From a virus (lineage: Duplodnaviria; Caudoviricetes), in IMG/VR virus record IMGVR_UViG_3300032218_000727, positions 1-37,981 of that record: DNA of 37,981 nt; one strand, written 5' to 3'. Position 1 is the stretch's first letter; each line of letters opens with the position of its first letter. This document shows positions 32,230 to 37,981 of this stretch, piece by piece. The notes under the pieces are model-generated. The model was not told where the DNA came from. It saw only the letters and a program-made list of their open reading frames with translations, and made no database searches. Made by a program: the position numbers and the translations under genes.

Positions 32230-34373
32230 CTACGTCCATCCGGTCTAATATCAATACGTGGGCTACCTAGCTGCCAAGATACACCTAATCCATCAGACGA
32301 AATAATCATCGCCATTTGGCGTCCTCTGAGGCGGGTATAGACCTGACCAGTAAACTGTTGAACCGTATATTGCGGTACGTTGGTATAGTTCTGAGCGCTA
32401 GTTACGCCCGGCACATCAGCCTCTCCATATTGGGTACCGCTGTTTTGGCGTGGCAATAGGGTCATAGTAACGCTAGGCTGGTCTACGTTAGAGCCGTTAA
32501 AGTTCACGTCTGGGAGCATACGCCATACATAACCAAAGTTATGACCATCACCAATGTCAAAATCTGAAGACTGTACAAATGAAATAATAGGAAGGGTTGT
32601 AGCTCCAGCGGCATCATCACTACCAACTTCGTGATAGATAATGCGGCCTTCTGGGTTTCCTAAGAAATCATAACCAAATACGTCTGTAGCCATAGGGTTA
32701 TTACGGATAGACGAATCTAACCAAGACGTACGAACTAACGTACCGTAATACCATACACGGTCTAAGTAGTTATAAATAACATAGCGGTCTACAAGGTCAC
32801 TGTTCTTGGAACAATATAACCACCAGACCTCGTTATAACCTTCATTACCACCGGCATATACCTGCCATGACTGGTCCTTGTTAATGTCGTCAAAGATGTA
32901 TTGGCGCAGTGAGCAAGGCAAAGTTTCTACACGACCAGAGTACATGAAAAACTTATCCGTACCCATCCAATAGGTAACGTTATTAACGGTAATGACTCCA
33001 TTCGGAGACATGATTGAAATGTTATCCATCAATACATTAAAGCCCCAAATATAAGGAGGCCCTAAGTACTGTTGTGAATAGATGGTTGAATCCGTAAAGA
33101 CTAAGATTTCTTGGCGGGTATTAATAGACGTTACGATGTACGATCCATGGGACAGTCTAAATTCACCAGACTGATTGGTAATAGCTGGAACCCATTGGTA
33201 AGGATTTTCTTGGTCTGACCAACGTACCAACATTGGATCAAATGTAGTATTGTTGTTTGTTGGATCATAGGAATTAGCGCCATAAGCCACAACAAAACGC
33301 TGAATATCTGATGCTACGATTTCGCTAACAGCATGAGGAACCCATTGTCCAGATCCAGCAGATGCAACATTAGCTAGGTCTGATAAGTACTGACCCCTGA
33401 CGCTTAATCCTGTATTGGCAACCCAATAGAAAATAGGACCACCACGAGGAGCAAAGATTAAGTCTTGACCATAGTTGTCATTAGTCCATAGACGAAGCTG
33501 TTCACCAACCGATTGCGGAGCAGCATTACCCCATCCGTAGAAACCCCAAGGAGCAGCGCCCCAACCATTACCGTTTACGTATACCGCTAAGCCGGGTGGC
33601 ACTTCATACTGAATGGTAACATTACCGCCGCCATTTACAACGCTAGCATTAGGATAGGTTACTGTCGCTACGTTATCATCTTGAGTAGATGTAAGCATAA
33701 AGAATCCACCAGTAGTCGTATATTTAACGGCTTCATGCTCATGGTTAATTGTAGTATTAGCAATACCGCCAACAGATGTAGCGTTCGATAGAATGACAAA
33801 CTGATTGTTAATGGCGTTAGAGTTATCATTAACGTATAAATAAGCGCTAGCTACGTTAGATCCTGCAGTATGGGAGGCAGCGGTTGTGTTATTAAATCCA
33901 CGAACTAAGCCTGTAGCTACGTTAGAACTTAATGCCGAGTAGAAAATCTGCTCGCTACCAATCTGTACAAGCCCGCTATTAACTGGCATGTAAGTCACAT
34001 TAGCCATTTGGAACGTTGTTGAGTTGGAAGTAATGTTAGCTACTAAAGTAGTAAATCCTGTAGAAATAACATTGGAAAAACTATTGGTTGTCGTAATTGG
34101 AGTAATGTCGTTATAGACACCGCTCCACTCAATGTAGTACTTTAAGTTAGTACCAACGCCTACATAGTTGTTGTTATTTAAGGTAGCCCAGTTCCATAAA
34201 GAACGGCACATACCTAAGAAGTAGTTAGCACTTAACCTAGACCAGCCACCAATCTTTTCAGGAAAACCAGAGCGGAATCGAATTTTGTCGCCGTCATAGT
34301 ACCCGCCTTCGTTGGAATAATCTGTACCTTCACGATTAAGTCCGGGTCTAAGTTGTATTTTTTGGAGTGCCAT
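32226..34373 (-). CDS. Tail/head-stabilisation protein (P22 gp10-like beta-propeller)
   Basis: 715 aa beta-rich; D..RFR.G.PEKIGGW, VRWSDQE, YWMG...F, NEVWW.Y motifs; precedes ejection genes. Confidence 0.65.
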   Translation of the reverse strand: MALQKIQLRPGLNREGTDYSNEGGYYDGDKIRFRSGFPEKIGGWSRLSANYFLGMCRSLWNWATLNNNNYVGVGTNLKYYIEWSGVYNDITPITTTNSFSNVISTGFTTLVANITSNSTTFQMANVTYMPVNSGLVQIGSEQIFYSALSSNVATGLVRGFNNTTAASHTAGSNVASAYLYVNDNSNAINNQFVILSNATSVGGIANTTINHEHEAVKYTTTGGFFMLTSTQDDNVATVTYPNASVVNGGGNVTIQYEVPPGLAVYVNGNGWGAAPWGFYGWGNAAPQSVGEQLRLWTNDNYGQDLIFAPRGGPIFYWVANTGLSVRGQYLSDLANVASAGSGQWVPHAVSEIVASDIQRFVVAYGANSYDPTNNNTTFDPMLVRWSDQENPYQWVPAITNQSGEFRLSHGSYIVTSINTRQEILVFTDSTIYSQQYLGPPYIWGFNVLMDNISIMSPNGVITVNNVTYWMGTDKFFMYSGRVETLPCSLRQYIFDDINKDQSWQVYAGGNEGYNEVWWLYCSKNSDLVDRYVIYNYLDRVWYYGTLVRTSWLDSSIRNNPMATDVFGYDFLGNPEGRIIYHEVGSDDAAGATTLPIISFVQSSDFDIGDGHNFGYVWRMLPDVNFNGSNVDQPSVTMTLLPRQNSGTQYGEADVPGVTSAQNYTNVPQYTVQQFTGQVYTRLRGRQMAMIISSDGLGVSWQLGSPRIDIRPDGRR

Positions 34374-34379
34374 GAGGGT

Positions 34380-34967
34380 TTACCCTAATACAGATAATGC
34401 TTTAGCAATTTTGGCCTTGCGGTCATCTAACCCCAAAGTACCACCGTTGATTCTTTGTGTCATTGTCACATAATCCTGCTTATCAGCCAAGCTGTTTAAG
34501 CCCTTCTTGTTCCAAAACCAGCCTGCACTTAAAGCCGCATATTCAGGAGTACTAAGCAGATCAGGATTGCTGAGAAGATCCACACCAATACCAGATCCGC
34601 AGTTTGCATAGTTTTCCTTTCCAGTAAGCTGGATAAGACCTCTGCCTAAATATTTAGCAGCTTCTTCTTCGTTTGCATTACCAAGTCTGCCGTTGTATAC
34701 CTTGCCAGCAATCTTTGCTGGTTTTCGAGCATATTGATCTGCTATTTCTTTTGTAGGAAAACGGCTGGGCCATGTCTTCATTAAGCCTTCTGCGCTGTAA
34801 TTAAGGTTTTCTTCAAGAGTCTTGAAATTACCAGATTCATGAGCGCACTGACCAATAAACGCTGCTTGACGCTGTGGTGTGTTGATATCGTATTTAGCAA
34901 AGGTATCCTCCAATGGCTTAAGCCACTTAGTGTCAATCCCTAAAGCTGACAATTGATCATTAGTCAT
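34380..34967 (-). CDS. GH19-family (chitinase/lysozyme-like) endolysin
   Basis: AAFIGQCAHES..F..LEENLNYS, GRGLIQLTG..NY, SAGWFW, INGG; ORF track start 34982, likely start 34967. Confidence 0.92.
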   Translation of the reverse strand: MTNDQLSALGIDTKWLKPLEDTFAKYDINTPQRQAAFIGQCAHESGNFKTLEENLNYSAEGLMKTWPSRFPTKEIADQYARKPAKIAGKVYNGRLGNANEEEAAKYLGRGLIQLTGKENYANCGSGIGVDLLSNPDLLSTPEYAALSAGWFWNKKGLNSLADKQDYVTMTQRINGGTLGLDDRKAKIAKALSVLG

Positions 34968-35181
34968 CTTCAGATTCCCCAAGTTTAATGCCAGCCACTA
35001 GTCCTACAAAAGCACCGACAATCATTTGGAATGCTGGAGTAACTGCTTTAAAAACTTCCGTATTATCAATTTTGTCGTTGTATAAACCACTAAGCAACAC
35101 GAATACCATAGAAAGCAAAATAAATGCTAAGGTAACAGTAGCAATTAAAGTAACTCGTAAAGCAACATCTTTCTTGTTCAT
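34960..35181 (-). CDS. Two-transmembrane holin-like protein
   Basis: Two hydrophobic helices; directly upstream of endolysin. Confidence 0.55.
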   Translation of the reverse strand: MNKKDVALRVTLIATVTLAFILLSMVFVLLSGLYNDKIDNTEVFKAVTPAFQMIVGAFVGLVAGIKLGESEDD

Positions 35182-35591
35182 TTGGCGTTAAAGATCCCAA
35201 TTTGCTCATTTAACCATGCTTGCAGACTAACCAATTGCTGGGTAGTTATTGCACACTTTTCAATAAATTTAGGGTCGGCGGGGGTGCCATCAGTGCCACT
35301 GGAGGCTCCGGAAACTTGGCTTGTTTCACTGGTACTGGAGAGGCGCATCCCACCATAAGTACGCTTAATAAGAGCGAGTTTATTTTCGTAATCATTTTTT
35401 ACCTTTTCGTTAACTTGTGCAGCTTCTTTAGCTTTAGATTGGTTAATCATTTCTTGCTCTTTGGCAGCAAGCTCTTGCTTAGATACATAGGCATCGTACT
35501 TGGCGGACTCATACTTGCCGTAGCCTAAACCACCCAAAGCAGCTACAGAAAGCGCAATCATGATCCAACCGGTAATTGGCAATGGAAACAT
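35178..35591 (-). CDS. Rz-like inner-membrane spanin
   Basis: N-terminal transmembrane helix, coiled coil, C-terminal Cys; carries an embedded lipoprotein ORF. Confidence 0.8.
   Translation of the reverse strand: MFPLPITGWIMIALSVAALGGLGYGKYESAKYDAYVSKQELAAKEQEMINQSKAKEAAQVNEKVKNDYENKLALIKRTYGGMRLSSTSETSQVSGASSGTDGTPADPKFIEKCAITTQQLVSLQAWLNEQIGIFNAK
35246..35395 (-). CDS. Rz1-like outer-membrane lipoprotein spanin embedded out of frame in Rz (not in ORF track)
   Basis: MITKINSLLLSVLMVG-CASPVPVKQAKFPEPPVALMAPPPTLNLLKSVQ: lipobox and Pro-rich mature part. Confidence 0.85.
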   Translation of the reverse strand: MITKINSLLLSVLMVGCASPVPVKQAKFPEPPVALMAPPPTLNLLKSVQ

Positions 35592-36149
35592 TTATGCCTT
35601 TCTAATAGTAAAAGCAAAGGTTGCTGGGTAGTTTTTGATATAGGCAGTATTGTCAACCCATTGTGACGGAGTAATAAAGCCGGGTTCAACCAACGCACGA
35701 ATATTCCAACCAAAGTTAAAACACCACATTTTGCCAAAGATTAATCTGTATGTATTTCTTTGCCATAATCCATGACCAGTAACAGTAATGCTGCCTGCAT
35801 GAGTTGCATCGCAGTTTAAGTCGCCCGTATAGGACATTCCTGTAGAACCATCAAAGTACTTAACGCAGAACCCATAAAATGGATTACGCCATAGCCACTG
35901 GACTTTTGACCACCAGCAAGGGTTATGCTCTGCCCTAAAGGTTTGATCGCCGTCTAAGCTGTTATCAGGCGTTTGGAACCATGATAGGAATGAGAATAAG
36001 CGTGGACCTGATTGCCATACTGTACCGTTGTTACACCAGCCAATTTGAGTGTTGTAACAGATGCCAATAATGAATGCTAATGGGAATGTTAAAACAACAC
36101 CGATTAAGTTAGTGGGTACCAATACTAACCAATATAAAATTTTGTTCAT
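35592..36149 (-). CDS. Trp-rich membrane-associated conserved phage protein
   Basis: N-terminal transmembrane segment; WFQTPDNSLDGD...WLWRNP.YGF motif. Confidence 0.65.
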   Translation of the reverse strand: MNKILYWLVLVPTNLIGVVLTFPLAFIIGICYNTQIGWCNNGTVWQSGPRLFSFLSWFQTPDNSLDGDQTFRAEHNPCWWSKVQWLWRNPFYGFCVKYFDGSTGMSYTGDLNCDATHAGSITVTGHGLWQRNTYRLIFGKMWCFNFGWNIRALVEPGFITPSQWVDNTAYIKNYPATFAFTIRKA

Positions 36150-36349
36150 TTTTCATCCAATGGTAAAGTTGTATAAAAACGTAAAACTGCACAAATAATT
36201 CCAATCACAATCAAAATTGAACCGTAGTACTTAGGATTAATGACATCCTGTAGATACATAAAGTTATCGTACACAACACCAAGAATCACCATTGCAAGAG
36301 AGAACCACATGGTCTTTGAGTGCATAGCACCCATCGTCTTGCGTCTCAT
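36146..36349 (-). CDS. Two-transmembrane holin-like protein
   Basis: SKTMWF...A.LR..TT.PL pattern; two hydrophobic helices. Confidence 0.55.
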   Translation of the reverse strand: MRRKTMGAMHSKTMWFSLAMVILGVVYDNFMYLQDVINPKYYGSILIVIGIICAVLRFYTTLPLDEK

Positions 36350-36350
36350 A

Positions 36351-37778
36351 TTACGCTGTGTAGGTACCAGAACCCGTAAACTTAACGAAAGTATAAGATC
36401 CTCCGGCTGTAACTGTTGGAGTTCCGGTTACTGTTCCAGAGTAATTAACTGTTAACATCTTCAAAATAACAACGCCAGAACCACCGTTAGCACCAGCCGT
36501 ATAACCTAAAACGCCACCACCGCCACCGCCACCTAAGTTTGTACCTCCGGCATTTGGAGCAAAACCAGAACCTTGTCCGCTATAAATGTTTTGTCCACCA
36601 CGACCACCGCCGCCGACACCAGCAGCACCAGCAACGTCTACACCGCCGCCGCCACCACCGCCGCCGTATGCTACGGAAGTACCAGATGTACTGTTGTATG
36701 TACCAGCACCACCCGCTCCACCATAACGATTTGGAGAGCCACCACCGTCACCAGCACTGCCACCAAGCGCAGAATTACCACCACCGCCACCACCTGAATC
36801 GTAGTCACCGTTACCACCAGCATAACCTTGTCCAGATGTTCCAGAACCACCACTAGCACGTGATCCACCACCACCGCCTGATGCACCAGTTCCACCATTT
36901 GCAACTGAATTACCACCAGCGCCACCACCTAATGCGGTACCTTGACCTACCAACGCAGAAGAACTACCTTGGCCATTAGTTACCCCGCCACCGCCAACTG
37001 TTGCCGTGTATACACCACCCGGAGATGCAGTAAATGATCCAGTAGTTAAACCACCGCCACCGCCACCACCAGCCATTGGATTGCTTGCAGCACCGCCACC
37101 ACCACCAGCGCCAACTGTTAGGTATTCAATAGTGTATTGACCTTCTGGAGCTGTTACAAAGCGTAACCATACGCCATTTCCATAACCTTCATAGATCTGT
37201 AATTCGCTGTTATAGCGGAATAATCCGCTTGTACCATTAGCAGCACGAACCGCTGTATTGCCAGTTGGGATATACCATTGACCACGATTAGAGTTGCCGT
37301 ATACATCTCCGCCGATAGTAACTGTGCCGCCTACTGTTACGTTACCAGTAACAGTTAAATCACCATTAATGTAGTTAAATTGGGTAGCACTATAGAAGTC
37401 TGTACCATCAGTAAAAATAACCTCACTAGCGGCATTAGAAATAGTAATACCATTACCAGATGATGTTTTAATGGTTACTGCAGCATTTGCACGGTTACGG
37501 ACAATATAGGTTTTTTGCTGACCAGCAGGGGCAATAACGTTACATGCAGAGGTTAAGTTACCTGTTAGGATAATAACCGCATTACGGGCTTGATCTGACA
37601 GGCCGTTATAGTTTGTAAGGGTAACGTCAGTACCATATAGAGGCAGCGTCAATACGCCAGTAATAGCCTGTTCTAGGAGGGTTCCTAGGTTGTTGTTGGT
37701 CGTTGTACCCCAAGCTCCAGCCTGTTCGCCGTTACCAATAAGTTCTAATTTTAGGGATGTGGAATAGGTACTAGGCAT
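36351..37778 (-). CDS. Tail fibre-like protein with glycine-rich C-terminal domain
   Basis: N-terminal STYS..L.LEL...GEQ.G.WG..TN.N; RYNS....EGY; GGGGG-rich domain ending GGSGVVI...FTGSG. Confidence 0.75.
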   Translation of the reverse strand: MPSTYSTSLKLELIGNGEQAGAWGTTTNNNLGTLLEQAITGVLTLPLYGTDVTLTNYNGLSDQARNAVIILTGNLTSACNVIAPAGQQKTYIVRNRANAAVTIKTSSGNGITISNAASEVIFTDGTDFYSATQFNYINGDLTVTGNVTVGGTVTIGGDVYGNSNRGQWYIPTGNTAVRAANGTSGLFRYNSELQIYEGYGNGVWLRFVTAPEGQYTIEYLTVGAGGGGGAASNPMAGGGGGGGLTTGSFTASPGGVYTATVGGGGVTNGQGSSSALVGQGTALGGGAGGNSVANGGTGASGGGGGSRASGGSGTSGQGYAGGNGDYDSGGGGGGNSALGGSAGDGGGSPNRYGGAGGAGTYNSTSGTSVAYGGGGGGGGVDVAGAAGVGGGGRGGQNIYSGQGSGFAPNAGGTNLGGGGGGGVLGYTAGANGGSGVVILKMLTVNYSGTVTGTPTVTAGGSYTFVKFTGSGTYTA

Positions 37779-37780
37779 AG

Positions 37781-37981
37781 TTATCCTTGATAATCGTTTA
37801 CGTTAATCCAAGCTGTATTTGCTGTATTGTTAATCATTGTCCAAGTTCCGGCGTTTGCCGTCAAAATGTTAGCCCAATTAGGGTTTTGACCGTCGTTAAT
37901 TGTAATCCAACCACGGACGAAAAGCGACTCATAAATGGTGATAAGCTCGGCTATAGCCCCTACAAAGTCACTAGAAGCGGC
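37781..37981 (-). CDS. 3' end of a virion structural protein (partial)
   Basis: Open frame to window edge, ending in W-x-x-I repeats ...GWITINDGQNPNWANI...WINVNDYQG. Confidence 0.6.
   Translation of the reverse strand, partial: AASSDFVGAIAELITIYESLFVRGWITINDGQNPNWANILTANAGTWTMINNTANTAWINVNDYQG

Noticed and set aside
36480-37115. Dense CCA/CCG trinucleotide runs and His/Thr-rich plus-strand ORFs (36539..36856, 36573..36797)
   Set aside because: Antisense shadow of poly-Gly codons in the tail fibre gene
1-37981. Integrase, reverse transcriptase/DGR, intron, intein or IS element
   Set aside because: No corresponding motifs or long template/variable repeats recognised by eye; absence applies to this window only

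Overview
About 38 kb of a tailed dsDNA bacteriophage genome. It is probably podovirus-like with a Gram-negative host (it encodes Rz/Rz1 spanins); a freshwater betaproteobacterial host is my inference. There are four blocks. (1) 1-3650 (+): early region of tiny, acidic, translationally coupled ORFs, including four DpnD/PcfM-like paralogs. (2) 3633-9239 (-): replication arm with Toprim primase, SF2 helicase, ParB-like protein and RusA. It also holds a ~1 kb largely non-coding control region with several structured-RNA candidates. (3) 9321-20133 (+): middle genes, with a five-enzyme glycan-modification cluster (GT10, radical SAM, two GT-A glycosyltransferases, FkbM methyltransferase), then recombination genes (PD-(D/E)XK nuclease, DUF3310, ERF, SSB-like, Ref-like). 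(4) 20177-37981 (-): late arm with a Gly-rich tail fibre, lysis cassette (holin-like genes, GH19 endolysin, Rz with embedded Rz1), tail stabilisation protein, ejection/internal virion proteins (SLT domain, LPD38-type giant), metallophosphoesterase and HExxH peptidase. I saw no terminase, portal, capsid, DNA polymerase, integrase, tRNA or CRISPR array. The most novel candidates are: recurrent [FYML]-A-x-G-G motifs that delimit domains in the ejection proteins, one just after a beta-barrel-like segment ending in Phe; the glycan cluster; an anti-Shine-Dalgarno sRNA candidate beside a 41-aa gene with a PhaR-box-like operator; several pseudoknot or multi-stem ncRNA candidates; and six exact copies of the near-palindrome AGGGTTTACCCT. 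All family calls come from motif recognition by eye, not database searches.
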